A stretch of DNA of 64,000 bases from Candidatus Bathyarchaeia archaeon (GTDB lineage: Archaea; Thermoproteota; Bathyarchaeia; Bathyarchaeales; Bathycorpusculaceae). Below the pieces are notes generated by a model. The model ran no database searches and was not told the DNA's origin. It saw nothing but the letters and a program-made list of their open reading frames with translations. Each line of letters starts with the position of its first letter. The stretch's first letter is position 1. The stretch covers positions 18,478 to 82,477 of the forward strand of contig JAVZLM010000009.1 of NCBI GenBank assembly GCA_038883775.1, given 5' to 3'. A program made the position numbers and the translations under genes. This document shows positions 20,905 to 31,164 of this stretch, piece after piece.

Positions 20905-20925
20905 AAAAAATTTTTAATAAATGTG
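20905..20925 (+). promoter_or_regulatory. Putative BRE/TATA promoter of the S-layer-like gene
   Basis: AAAAAA followed by TTTTTAATAAA about 35-50 bp upstream of ATG 20957. Confidence 0.45.
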
Positions 20926-20956
20926 CTAACCCTTTCATACGTGACCCAAAAGAGGA

Positions 20957-23900
20957 ATGAAAATGGAAAAAAGGAAAAAGCTAATTACAATACTAAGCGC
21001 AGCAATAATTGTAACAGCTATTTTTGCACCACTACTCATTGTAAAAAACGTAGCAGCAGCAGATCCAACAGACTGGTACATGACTGTTAACGGCGTTCTC
21101 GATAGCGACACTTATTTGCTTTATCCATATGATAGTGAAAATCTGAAAGTTGGCCTTTCAAAGTTCGGTGAATTAATTGACAGCAACAACAATGTTGGAC
21201 TTGAATATGCTGGTGCACGTGATCCATTTGCAGCTCCGGTAGGTTCCAGTATTGATGAGGGTAAATTACCGAAGAAGGTCTGGATAAATGGTTGGTACAT
21301 TGACATCCGGTATGTGCATGAGGACTGGGGTTCACGGAACATTTGGGCTGGCGCGCTTTTTGCTGATAAAAGCGACTATGGCAAAAATTGGATAAGGGTT
21401 GACAACAATTATACCTATCCATATCATCCAGTGACTGAAGCGCAGGAAAGTTTTGACGACAAAGGTTTAGAGCTTGATGATGACTTGGAGCCGATTCCTG
21501 GCTTGGTTAACGGTGGAAGGAAGACTAATGGAACCGCCGTCACAGAGCCTATAACAGTGTTGTATGATGGCCCTCGTTTATTCGTTGCCAAAAGTGAGAC
21601 TCACATTTACGACTGGAACGAGGAAATTAATGATAACTTGCATTTGGTGGACGTTATTTTGACAATAATGTTCAACAAGGTTAAGAAGGAAGTCGTTGTC
21701 ATTAAGGATGTCAAATTTATTGAGCAAGCCAAGTATGTTATCGCTGACTTGACAATAACCGTACCAGATGACGACAATGGCGAGGAGGAAATAACTATTC
21801 CACAGGCAATACTTATCCAGTTCAGCAACAGGGAAGAGTGGGATTTAGGCGCCAAAAACGTTGCAGGAACCACCGATTATAGCAGTTACGTGCACTTCTA
21901 CACTGCGGGAACCGCTCCACAAGATGCGGAAGAAGAAGGGCAGTCAACAGTTTACAACGAGGACTGGACTTTACTGCCAACTCTTCCAGCAGGCGTAAAG
22001 TACAAAGACATAGAAATTAACGCTTGGGGATCTGAACCAGGCGCTAGCGGAACCTATGATGTCGCCCAAATAATTTCTAATGATAAGGCGTATGTGGGCT
22101 GGCACGCCTTCTGGCCAAGTCTAAGCGATTGGTCAGCAGACGCGGCTCGAGGCACCACTAAAACTTGGTACAGAGCTATGAAGGCTGATGACCCCCACTG
22201 GATTAACTCTTATTCTAGCAGTGAGCCCTTCCTTTCCCCGCTTATCGTGGGTGAGTGGGACTTCATCCTTTCGGACAAAGAGGACGTTTACGGCAGCGTT
22301 AATATTGGCAGACAGTTTAGAGGCGTAAGTGTCTACGGAGTAACAGACCTTCACGACGGCGACGATGCCAACATGGGTGCTAGACACGATGATGTTCTCG
22401 ACACAGAAGTCAAATATCAGTTAGACGAGGTCTTTAACCCATGGGATTTGTTAAGCGCAGTTCACAAGAGCACGAGGCGTTGGGTTGAATGGAAAGAGGC
22501 CGATGCGTCTACAACGTTCACAACTTCGCATGCGCCTGTTGTAGAGGTAGATGATGACGGGTGGGACGACTACTGCGTCTTCTCGGAGAGAGTTTTCGAC
22601 TTGACAGAAAACGAGTTAGAAGCTAGAGTTGGCTATAACTGGATGGGACAAGACACTTACACGGTAACCTACAACGAAGACGGAACAATGACTATATCTG
22701 GCTTAGACGCTTACCATGAATACAAGATATTGTACTCAACGCAACCAGTATGGGGAGATATGGGTACCATTGAATTAACAGAGGACTTTAACACATTTGA
22801 TAGCGTATCTCCAGGAGATAGCGTAACCTTCGAGTACAGCACTTCTTACTTGTTCGACGCTGACCCCTTAGGAGTAATCCACGGATTCAACTTTACCGTA
22901 GCAATGGAGATAACCGTAAAAGACACGGTGAGTGACGACTTTACAGAATCTCTTGATAATCCTTGTTTAGACGGCGTGCACAGCAACTTCAAAGTGTTTA
23001 GAGGAGAAACCTACTACAACGATTACTACTTCTGGGATAACGTGACTTATAATGGCGACAACGTGGTTGTCACATGTGTAACTTTAGATCCAACGATGCT
23101 AACGTGGAATATAACCTCACCGGAAGAAACAGTTCACATAGCGATACTAGACATACTACTCTACCTAGCAAGCGAAATATCATACAACTATACTACAGAA
23201 GAATTGAATGTAACCTTCACACCTTACATGGGATATCTGTACATGGAGTACATGGGCGGCCGCTACGAATGGGGCATAGTGGGCAGGGACGCCCATTCAG
23301 TTGACTCTGCAGGCTTGTCCATGGTTTCAGCAGCCTTCAAAAACAAACAAGTCGAATATGGCTTGGCAGGCGCAGACATGTATGACCCATTGCCCTACAA
23401 CCAGATGCCATGGGTAATGAGCAAAATAGGCGCAGACGATGAATGGACAGACTACTATTACAGTGGAACAGACTACCGCACAGCTTTAAGAGACGACTGG
23501 TGCACCACATGGCCTATTTCAAGCAGCAACATGATAGGTATAGGCGGACCCTTAGCTAATCTATTAGCATACTACGGAAACGACTTCATGATGACCATCT
23601 TCGGACTAAGTTACGAAACAACGTACGGAGACTTCACAGACTACGCGGATTGGGAGAAGGTCATAATACCCTTAACATGCTGGGACATAACCAAAACACA
23701 AACATACAGCTCCAGCAATGAAACAGGCTATGCGGTAATATCCACATACAAGGACATAAACGGCACAGTCCTATTCCTAGTATGGGGACACTGGGGAAGA
23801 GACACCTATTACGCCAGCAAATGGTTCCACGAAGAAGGCATATACCAACTACAAGAAGCCCCAGAAGGCTTAACAGCAATAATACTGAAAATCACTTACG

Positions 23901-24019
23901 AAAGCACAGATGAAGGCTACAAACCAACAGGCTACAGCATCGTCGAATGTTTAGGCACAATAAGCGAAACCGAATGGACCCATAACAGAGAAACTAAAGG
24001 CGGAATCCACGACCCATAA
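20957..24019 (+). CDS. Large acidic secreted protein, probable S-layer glycoprotein
   Basis: Signal peptide, Asp/Glu-rich 1020 aa, C-terminal IGIGGPLAN motif like archaeal S-layer C domains, C-ending codon bias, next to glycosyltransferases. Confidence 0.65.
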   Translation: MKMEKRKKLITILSAAIIVTAIFAPLLIVKNVAAADPTDWYMTVNGVLDSDTYLLYPYDSENLKVGLSKFGELIDSNNNVGLEYAGARDPFAAPVGSSIDEGKLPKKVWINGWYIDIRYVHEDWGSRNIWAGALFADKSDYGKNWIRVDNNYTYPYHPVTEAQESFDDKGLELDDDLEPIPGLVNGGRKTNGTAVTEPITVLYDGPRLFVAKSETHIYDWNEEINDNLHLVDVILTIMFNKVKKEVVVIKDVKFIEQAKYVIADLTITVPDDDNGEEEITIPQAILIQFSNREEWDLGAKNVAGTTDYSSYVHFYTAGTAPQDAEEEGQSTVYNEDWTLLPTLPAGVKYKDIEINAWGSEPGASGTYDVAQIISNDKAYVGWHAFWPSLSDWSADAARGTTKTWYRAMKADDPHWINSYSSSEPFLSPLIVGEWDFILSDKEDVYGSVNIGRQFRGVSVYGVTDLHDGDDANMGARHDDVLDTEVKYQLDEVFNPWDLLSAVHKSTRRWVEWKEADASTTFTTSHAPVVEVDDDGWDDYCVFSERVFDLTENELEARVGYNWMGQDTYTVTYNEDGTMTISGLDAYHEYKILYSTQPVWGDMGTIELTEDFNTFDSVSPGDSVTFEYSTSYLFDADPLGVIHGFNFTVAMEITVKDTVSDDFTESLDNPCLDGVHSNFKVFRGETYYNDYYFWDNVTYNGDNVVVTCVTLDPTMLTWNITSPEETVHIAILDILLYLASEISYNYTTEELNVTFTPYMGYLYMEYMGGRYEWGIVGRDAHSVDSAGLSMVSAAFKNKQVEYGLAGADMYDPLPYNQMPWVMSKIGADDEWTDYYYSGTDYRTALRDDWCTTWPISSSNMIGIGGPLANLLAYYGNDFMMTIFGLSYETTYGDFTDYADWEKVIIPLTCWDITKTQTYSSSNETGYAVISTYKDINGTVLFLVWGHWGRDTYYASKWFHEEGIYQLQEAPEGLTAIILKITYESTDEGYKPTGYSIVECLGTISETEWTHNRETKGGIHDP

Positions 24020-24029
24020 ACCGCTACAA

Positions 24030-24056
24030 CCCCTCTTTTTTATTTCCCCATTTTTA
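24030..24056 (+). terminator. Pyrimidine/oligo-T terminator
   Basis: CCCCTCTTTTTTATTTCCCCATTTTT right after the stop codon. Confidence 0.55.
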
Positions 24057-24100
24057 AGGTAAATCTTCTAAAATACAAAGCGCATACTAAAATAACGAGC

Positions 24101-26113
24101 GTGGACTCCATGAAAACCTGGAATACTATAAGCTTCAAAATGGAAAAGATTATAAATTTTGCAGAAGCAAAAGCTGACAAGCTCATTATAGTTTTTATAG
24201 CCATATACACGCTAGTTTTCTCCAGCTACACGATTTTCATGCATTATGCCTTCAAAACCTACGCATGGGATCTCGGCATATTCACACAAGCCTTATGGAC
24301 AACAATAAACCTAGGTAAACCCCTCTACTATACAATTGAATCAGTAAGAAACCCAAGCCTAAACTTTCTTGGAGCCCACTTCTCACCAATACTCTTGCTT
24401 ATTATACCAGTTTATGCCCTTTACCAGTCGCCCTTAACTCTACTTGTATTTCAATCTTTCATCATCGCTTTAGCAGCCCTTCCGCTATATTGGATTGCGA
24501 AAGATACGCTTAAAAACAATCTTTGGGGTCTAACTTTCGCCGCAGCATTTCTTCTGCATCCAGCACTGCATGGAATGAACTGTTTCGACTTCCACGTGGA
24601 AGCATTTATTCCATTGTTTTTCCTGTTAACTTACTATTACTTTGAAAAACAACAATGGCTCAAAGGTTCATTTTTCTCCATATTAACTCTATCAACAATA
24701 GAGTTTGCCCCCATACTTGTCCTGTTTCTTGGACTTTACTTGCTCCTCAAAACCTTCTTCCAAACGCCAAAAAAAGAAGTCAAAATCAACATAAAAACCA
24801 TATTCTTTCAAGTTTTATTAGTAAGCATAAGCATTTTCTGGCTCTTTCTAGCATTTAGCATAACCTACAGCATAAACCCTTTAAAAGCTGTTGGACTCCC
24901 AGGAAACTGGGACAACTGGGGAACAAGTCTCACTGAAGTTATCTTCAACGTAATTAAAAACCCAATTAGAGTGCTGGGGACAATTGCAAACCCCATAGAA
25001 AAAAGCTACTACACCTTTTTCATTTTTGTTCCAATAATTTTTCTACCCTTACTGGCACCATTAGAGTTATCGTTATCCTTTCCATGGATATTTGCTGCAC
25101 TATTATCTGAATATCCACCCTATTACGAACCTTACTTTCAATATTTTGGATTCATTGTTGGACAAATTTTCGTCGCAGCAATACATGGAGCAAAAAGGCT
25201 ACTTTTAACAGAGAAGAATTCACATAGAAACCATCCGAAAATAGAAAGGAAAATTATGGCCTTAATCCTTATCTTAAGCTTAGCTTCAGCAGTTGCTGTA
25301 AGCCCCATAGGTTTGCCAGCTCTAACAAGGAGAAAAGTCGAAATAACATCCCACACACAAGCTTTACATGAAGTGCTCAGCCTTATTCCATCGAACGCTT
25401 CAGTTGCCACACAAAACGACATTTTACCGCATCTAGCCCAAAGAGAACAAATACACGTTTTAGGATGGCCAATGGAAACAGAAATAGACTATATAATATT
25501 GGATTTAAAGTCTTCTCACGTATTCTATGGACCAACGCCAACATCTGTTTCCCCGATTGATGCACTATGCCAAATTATGAGAGATGGAAAATACGGAGTA
25601 GCAGCCTATGCCGACGGCGTACTATTGCTCATAAAAGGCTATACTGGAACCTACATAATTTTTAAGCCATATCACGAATGCTTCAATTATGAAGATTTAT
25701 ACACATTTCCATCCACATCTTTCATAAAATACGATGAGACAAGCAGATCCGGCAAAACAATCATTCACAGTACAAATCATAAACCCGGAGTTATCTGGTA
25801 TGGTCCATACCAATGGCTTTACACTGGAAACTACAGTGTAACATTTAGAGTAAAAATAGAGTCAGAAAATACAAGTTTTACAATAGATGTATTTGCCTCC
25901 GAATTTGACTTAACAACAAACATGTGGCTTCCCAAAAGACTTTGTGATAGAACATTAAATTTCAGCGATTTCGGGTCCTTGGGTGAATGGCGGGATTTCA
26001 CCCTCAATTTTGAGATAGAAGGTCTAAAAAGATTGGAATTTAGGGGAATTTGCGAATTTGAAAACATGCACGTAGCCCTTGACTACATTAATGTGACACA
26101 GCTGGGACCATAA
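24101..26113 (+). CDS. DUF2079-type membrane protein (GT-C-like) with C-terminal beta domain
   Basis: AWDLGIFTQALW, LGAHFSPIL, DFHVEAF motifs; many TMs; C-terminal WYGPY..L..GNY. Confidence 0.8.
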   Translation: MDSMKTWNTISFKMEKIINFAEAKADKLIIVFIAIYTLVFSSYTIFMHYAFKTYAWDLGIFTQALWTTINLGKPLYYTIESVRNPSLNFLGAHFSPILLLIIPVYALYQSPLTLLVFQSFIIALAALPLYWIAKDTLKNNLWGLTFAAAFLLHPALHGMNCFDFHVEAFIPLFFLLTYYYFEKQQWLKGSFFSILTLSTIEFAPILVLFLGLYLLLKTFFQTPKKEVKINIKTIFFQVLLVSISIFWLFLAFSITYSINPLKAVGLPGNWDNWGTSLTEVIFNVIKNPIRVLGTIANPIEKSYYTFFIFVPIIFLPLLAPLELSLSFPWIFAALLSEYPPYYEPYFQYFGFIVGQIFVAAIHGAKRLLLTEKNSHRNHPKIERKIMALILILSLASAVAVSPIGLPALTRRKVEITSHTQALHEVLSLIPSNASVATQNDILPHLAQREQIHVLGWPMETEIDYIILDLKSSHVFYGPTPTSVSPIDALCQIMRDGKYGVAAYADGVLLLIKGYTGTYIIFKPYHECFNYEDLYTFPSTSFIKYDETSRSGKTIIHSTNHKPGVIWYGPYQWLYTGNYSVTFRVKIESENTSFTIDVFASEFDLTTNMWLPKRLCDRTLNFSDFGSLGEWRDFTLNFEIEGLKRLEFRGICEFENMHVALDYINVTQLGP

Positions 26114-27229
26114 TTGAAAATAGCAATGATAGTTGAACGTTTTCCTCCAGATATAGGAGGCTCAGGAACAAGATTTTACAAAATAGCAGAACACCTCTCC
26201 CAAAAAAAATATGACATAGACGTTTTCACCATTGGATCCGCTCAACCACAAATCAAAAAGCACAACTTTAATATTTATCGATTAAATTTGAGAAAGTTAG
26301 CTTTGCTTCCCTTTTTTGAAAGTTTTAACAGAGTTGCATTCCTCAGTTTTTCAACTTTTCTCCAATTTTTGTTTCGTTCCTACGATTTAATAGATGTTGA
26401 TGTTTGGCCTTTCCTCCATTTTTTCTTAGCAAAAATAGCGAAACCAAAAATACCCATTGTGGTCTCTTGGAATGTTGTTTGGCCTTTCTCTTACAAAAGA
26501 CCGATAAGTAAAATTAATGAAATTCTCGCATATGCAATTTCAAAATTAGGCACATATAACATAACGGTTTCAAATTTTGCCAAAAAGACGTTGCAGGAGA
26601 GACTTGGCATCTGTTCGGAAAAGATAGAAGTTATTCCAAACGGGATAGATGAGGAATTTTTTAAGGTTAACCTAGAACCTCAAGTTGGCCGCATAATTTT
26701 TGTAGGACGCCTTGAACCTCAGAAGAGACTAGATTTAACGCTAACAGCCTTCAAGATTTTCAGGGAAAAAGTAAGTTCCGCAGAATTTCACATCATCGGT
26801 TCTGGGCCCCTTTACATGTATTTAGTAAAAATGTCTAAAAAAATTGATGGTGTTCATTTACATGGCTTTATTCCTGTTGAAAAGAAAGAAGAACTAATTT
26901 CACAGCTAAAGAAATCCTGGGTCTTTGTTTCAGCAAGTGAATTCGAATCCTATGGATTATCAATAGCCGAATCGTTAAGCATGGGCTTACCAGTGTTGGT
27001 GACAAAAACTCCTTATAACGCTGCAATCAATGAGTTTGTTAGGCACAATTATAATGGTTTAATAGTTGAACACAACAAGCCGATAGCGATAGCAAACGCT
27101 CTTGAAAAACTTTACATTGATCAAAAGCTTTGGATTAAGCTTAGTGAAAACGCAAAACGATCTCACTTTTCCACATGGAATGATGTTGCAAGGAAAGTTG
27201 GAGAAGTTTACAAAAAACTTATTGAATGA
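26114..27229 (+). CDS. Glycosyltransferase family 4
   Basis: FPPDIGG, IPNGID, FVGRLEPQK, ESYGLSIAE. Confidence 0.9.
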   Translation: MKIAMIVERFPPDIGGSGTRFYKIAEHLSQKKYDIDVFTIGSAQPQIKKHNFNIYRLNLRKLALLPFFESFNRVAFLSFSTFLQFLFRSYDLIDVDVWPFLHFFLAKIAKPKIPIVVSWNVVWPFSYKRPISKINEILAYAISKLGTYNITVSNFAKKTLQERLGICSEKIEVIPNGIDEEFFKVNLEPQVGRIIFVGRLEPQKRLDLTLTAFKIFREKVSSAEFHIIGSGPLYMYLVKMSKKIDGVHLHGFIPVEKKEELISQLKKSWVFVSASEFESYGLSIAESLSMGLPVLVTKTPYNAAINEFVRHNYNGLIVEHNKPIAIANALEKLYIDQKLWIKLSENAKRSHFSTWNDVARKVGEVYKKLIE

Positions 27230-27253
27230 ACAGATAATTTTGAGGGCAACAAT

Positions 27254-28351
27254 TTAACAATTAATGTAGGTTTGTAAAATTTCAAACCATTTTTTTGCGT
27301 AAACAGTTTTATCGAAGGTTAAAGCATGTTTTACACATTCCAGTCTCATTTGGTTGTGATAACCTTCTTTCCAAAGCTCTAAAGCTTTATGGAATATTTC
27401 ATTATTGTTTTTCGCAAGCCATCCTGTAACACCGTTGATGACGGACTCTCTTGGACCTTGTGAATCATAGGTAAGCGTAGGCGTGCCGCAAGCCATGCTT
27501 TCAACTGGTATATAGCCAAAAGGTTCATGGGTGAAAGTGAATAATGTAAAGAGAGCGTTAGAATAAGCATCTACAAGTTGATCCGTAGGTATTCTACCCA
27601 AAAAATCAATATTTGGATGATTGGTTAAATTCTTAGGTATAAAGGGGATTTTGGATCCGAAAGCCTTAATTTTAACGCCTTGATCAGCAATGGCTTTTAT
27701 TATTGAAAAGGCTGTTTCCTTTCCAAAGTAGGTAAGGACATAGTCGCCTGTGGGATTTGAGGTGATCGGACGAAATACTTTGCAGTCTATTGGAGGATAT
27801 ATGATGGTTTTAACTTTTATTTTCCATTCCCAATATAGAGAAGCACAAAAATTAGAATTAGCAACTACGCATACAGAGTCTCTACATGTACTTTTAATTA
27901 AATTTCCATCCGCATATTTAATAAATGGTTTTAAGATTTCATAGACAAATCTGTAGGTTGGAGTTAGTTCTTCTTCCATATCTTTAAGGGCTGCTGAAGT
28001 TGGACCTTGAAGATACCAAAATATGGAGGGAACGTCAAGCGTGTGGGAAAAATTGACGGAGATGCATGAATTATGGTTTATCCTTTTTGAATTTAATTTA
28101 AAAAAAGCCTCGCGCGCCCATGTTTCAAACCATAAGATTGACAAACCGAATTTTTTAGCAAAAAGCCTAGCGCGCAAATTTATAGGTTTTATACCTTTAG
28201 AATTTAAGTGCCTTTCCACATCTCTCGATATAATTGGCGATATCATGGAAACTTTATAACCTTTTTCAGTTAAGAAGTCAGCCAAATACAATGCAGGTCT
28301 AATGCTGCCTTCCAAATCCATCATTATGTCACAGGCTATGGCAAAATCCAT
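27254..28351 (-). CDS. Glycosyltransferase family 4
   Basis: VANS, IYPPID, HEPFGYIPVESMACGTP. Confidence 0.9.
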   Translation of the reverse strand: MDFAIACDIMMDLEGSIRPALYLADFLTEKGYKVSMISPIISRDVERHLNSKGIKPINLRARLFAKKFGLSILWFETWAREAFFKLNSKRINHNSCISVNFSHTLDVPSIFWYLQGPTSAALKDMEEELTPTYRFVYEILKPFIKYADGNLIKSTCRDSVCVVANSNFCASLYWEWKIKVKTIIYPPIDCKVFRPITSNPTGDYVLTYFGKETAFSIIKAIADQGVKIKAFGSKIPFIPKNLTNHPNIDFLGRIPTDQLVDAYSNALFTLFTFTHEPFGYIPVESMACGTPTLTYDSQGPRESVINGVTGWLAKNNNEIFHKALELWKEGYHNQMRLECVKHALTFDKTVYAKKWFEILQTYINC

Positions 28352-28362
28352 TTACTCACCTG

Positions 28363-29133
28363 TCAAAAATGGTTTTCGGCCAAAAATGCAGTTCTCAAGT
28401 TTTGTAATGCAGTTTTTAGAACATAGGAAATAAAGCTTAGCATCTCGTTTTTTGTAAGTTTTGATTTTCCTTTCTTTCTGTTAATGAATGTTATCGGAGT
28501 TTCTGTAATTTTGGCTTTTAAAATGTATGCTTGTCTAAGGGTTTCGATTTGAATTTCGTACGTTTGACTGTGAAGATATGGCAAAATTTTTTGGACATAT
28601 GTTCTTGAATAGCACCTAAAACCACTTGTGAAGTCGCTTATTGGCAAGGCTACTATTTTTGCTGTTATTTTGTTGGCAATCTTACTTATTGCAAGACGTG
28701 TTAGAGGCCACCCTTTAACTTTTCCTCCTCGACAATATCTGCTTCCGATAACGATGTCATAGCCTTTCCTGGCTTGTTGTAACAAATTTGGGATGTCCTT
28801 AGGATCATGCGAGTGGTCAGCATCCATTGTTATTATGTAGTCTGGGGGAAATGGTTGAGACAGAATGAAACGAAAACCGTAGGTTATGGCTGTTCCAAGT
28901 CCTGCTTTACGTACTCTACTTAATAGAATTAGGTTAGGATAGCTTTCTTGAAGTTTTTTGACAATGTTTCCGGTTCCATCAGGACTTGAATCATCTATAA
29001 CGAATATTTCGGAATTAATTTCCAAATTTTCAATGGCTAAAACGAGTTTTTTAATATTTTCAGCTTCGCAGTATGTTGGCAATATTATGGCCGTACGATA
29101 ACAATTTTTGTCGTATGCCTTACCAGAGTTCAA
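28363..29133 (-). CDS. GT2 polyprenol-phosphate mannosyltransferase (DPM1-like)
   Basis: ILPTYCEAENI, DDSSPDGT, MDADHSHDP, GSRY, DFTSGFRCY. Confidence 0.9.
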   Translation of the reverse strand: MNSGKAYDKNCYRTAIILPTYCEAENIKKLVLAIENLEINSEIFVIDDSSPDGTGNIVKKLQESYPNLILLSRVRKAGLGTAITYGFRFILSQPFPPDYIITMDADHSHDPKDIPNLLQQARKGYDIVIGSRYCRGGKVKGWPLTRLAISKIANKITAKIVALPISDFTSGFRCYSRTYVQKILPYLHSQTYEIQIETLRQAYILKAKITETPITFINRKKGKSKLTKNEMLSFISYVLKTALQNLRTAFLAENHF

Positions 29134-29328
29134 CTTTTCATCAACCTTGCATAAAGAGGTTTTCCTGCGTTTTTGTCTGTTTTAATTCGGCATGGGGTTT
29201 TGTCTTTAAACCATTATTAAAAAGTTTTTAGGAGCTCAGATTCCGAACCCGAAGCAAAAGTGAGCCCAATAAACTTTTTTACTTCCAAGCATTCTAATAC
29301 GGCAACAAAACCTAGAAAGGAAACGAAC

Positions 29329-30456
29329 ATGAGCGAAACATCAACTGAAGGCGAAACCCAAATAACTCAAACAAACTTTGAAGAGATAACCAAACTGGTT
29401 TCCACAGAGTTCCAAATAGAAGAAGCCTTAATAGAACATAATATTCCAACATATTATTTGAAACAGCCGCAAGAAACAAAACAAGCCTTTCTGAGGCTGC
29501 TGAAAAATTTAGAAACGATAAATTTGTTAGCAATTTTACGGAGAAGAGATGGGCGAATAATTCTAAGGGTTATTCCAAAACCCAGCGCAAAGCCAAGTAA
29601 TATTATGGTGAATTGGATACTATTCTTTGCAACTATAGCAACAACATTTGTCACGGGCTACATGTTTTCAGAAAACTTGATAAACCCATTAATTGGCGGA
29701 GTCACATTCACTATAGCTATAATAGCGATACTTGGTATGCATGAAATGGGACATAAATTAACAGCTAACAAAAGTGGCATAGAAGCAACGCCACCATACT
29801 TTATTCCGGGACCACCACCTATGGGCTTTTTTAGTATAGGAACCTTTGGAGCAGTTATAATGCAAAGATCTCTTGCACCAAACAAGGATTCACTCTTTGA
29901 CATAGGCGCAAGTGGACCCATAATAAGTTTTATTTTGGCTATGATTGCAACAATAATAGGTTTGCCATTATCCCATCCTGGATGGGAACCCCAAGGCACA
30001 CCAACTTTACCCGTCCCGCTTGTATTTGATCTCCTTGAGCGGGCGTTCCCATTTTTGACCCCACCTCATCAAACGCAGCCTCCAGGACCAGGGTATATTC
30101 CAGTTATCTACTTGCATCCAGTAGCGATAGCCGGATGGGCTGGACTCATTGTCACTTCGCTCAATCTTTTTCCTGCAGCGATGCTTGATGGAGGACATGT
30201 CTCAAGGGCGATGTTTGGCGAGAAAACTCGGACGGTATTGACGCTTTTGTCTGTTTTAGCGTTGATTTATGTGAGTTTTCCGATGGCTATTTTTGTTCTT
30301 TTTATGTCAATGTATAGGCATCCGGGACCGTTAGATGACGTTTCCAGTCTGTCTAAAGGTAGAAAATTTTTGACGGTATTTTTGGTGGTTATTCTTGTGC
30401 TTTCTTCTTTCTTTCATTATTTGGTATATGCTTTGATTAGACTTCTGGGGCTTTAA
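29329..30456 (+). CDS. Site-2 protease family (M50) membrane metalloprotease
   Basis: HEMGH, GTFGAVI, FDIGASGP, NLFPAAMLDGG; start at ATG 29329. Confidence 0.9.
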   Translation: MSETSTEGETQITQTNFEEITKLVSTEFQIEEALIEHNIPTYYLKQPQETKQAFLRLLKNLETINLLAILRRRDGRIILRVIPKPSAKPSNIMVNWILFFATIATTFVTGYMFSENLINPLIGGVTFTIAIIAILGMHEMGHKLTANKSGIEATPPYFIPGPPPMGFFSIGTFGAVIMQRSLAPNKDSLFDIGASGPIISFILAMIATIIGLPLSHPGWEPQGTPTLPVPLVFDLLERAFPFLTPPHQTQPPGPGYIPVIYLHPVAIAGWAGLIVTSLNLFPAAMLDGGHVSRAMFGEKTRTVLTLLSVLALIYVSFPMAIFVLFMSMYRHPGPLDDVSSLSKGRKFLTVFLVVILVLSSFFHYLVYALIRLLGL

Positions 30457-30571
30457 GAGATGATTTGTATTTTTGTTGTGCGTTTAGACAGTAACGTTTA
30501 TTAAATATTGCTATACTCGATATCTTCTCGGAGAGACCTATACAAACCAAAACATAAAAGGTGAAAAAGGA

Positions 30572-30793
30572 GTGAAGGGATTAGCAATCCTAATAGCTTT
30601 CTTTTTACTTTTCACATCCGCTTCTCTGCTTATTCCTTCACCAATGTTTCCGGGAAACTTTTTCTGCACATTAATAGGAAAAAGCGCAACCGAATATTCA
30701 GAATATTTAAGCGCAGTTTTTAATGGAATCTTTTATGGCGTTATCTTGTGGTTGGTTTTTGTTCTTATAAGTAAGAGATTCGAAGAAAAATAA
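30572..30793 (+). CDS. Small two-TM membrane protein
   Basis: Two hydrophobic helices, GGAG RBS. Confidence 0.6.
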   Translation: MKGLAILIAFFLLFTSASLLIPSPMFPGNFFCTLIGKSATEYSEYLSAVFNGIFYGVILWLVFVLISKRFEEK

Positions 30794-30803
30794 TCACTTA
30801 AAT

Positions 30804-31052
30804 TTAGATTTCTGGTTGCGATAGAAAACCTACGAGTCTAATGGTGCTTTTACACTTGTTGCACATCAAAATCAATTCTGCTAGCTCGTCACCTTTAACT
30901 TTGGTTTCAAGAATTTGATAAACCTCATCGGTCTCATCGTCTGGAGATATTATGATTCCACATTTTGGACAGGGGAAAGCTCCATCTCCATCAATCTTTG
31001 TCAAATCAACCGTGTAAATCATTCCTTTCTTGGCGGCTGTTTTCTTCATCAT
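30804..31052 (-). CDS. Small zinc-finger protein
   Basis: FPCPKCG..ISPDD and CNKC; start ATG 31052 after GGTG. Confidence 0.7.
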   Translation of the reverse strand: MMKKTAAKKGMIYTVDLTKIDGDGAFPCPKCGIIISPDDETDEVYQILETKVKGDELAELILMCNKCKSTIRLVGFLSQPEI

Positions 31053-31164
31053 TTTGATGCACCTTTTCCTTTGAAGGGCATGGTTAGCCAAGAATATAAT
31101 TAACAATTATGAATTAGTAATATGAATGCAAAATTCACGTATTGCATTTACTTATCAGACGCAT

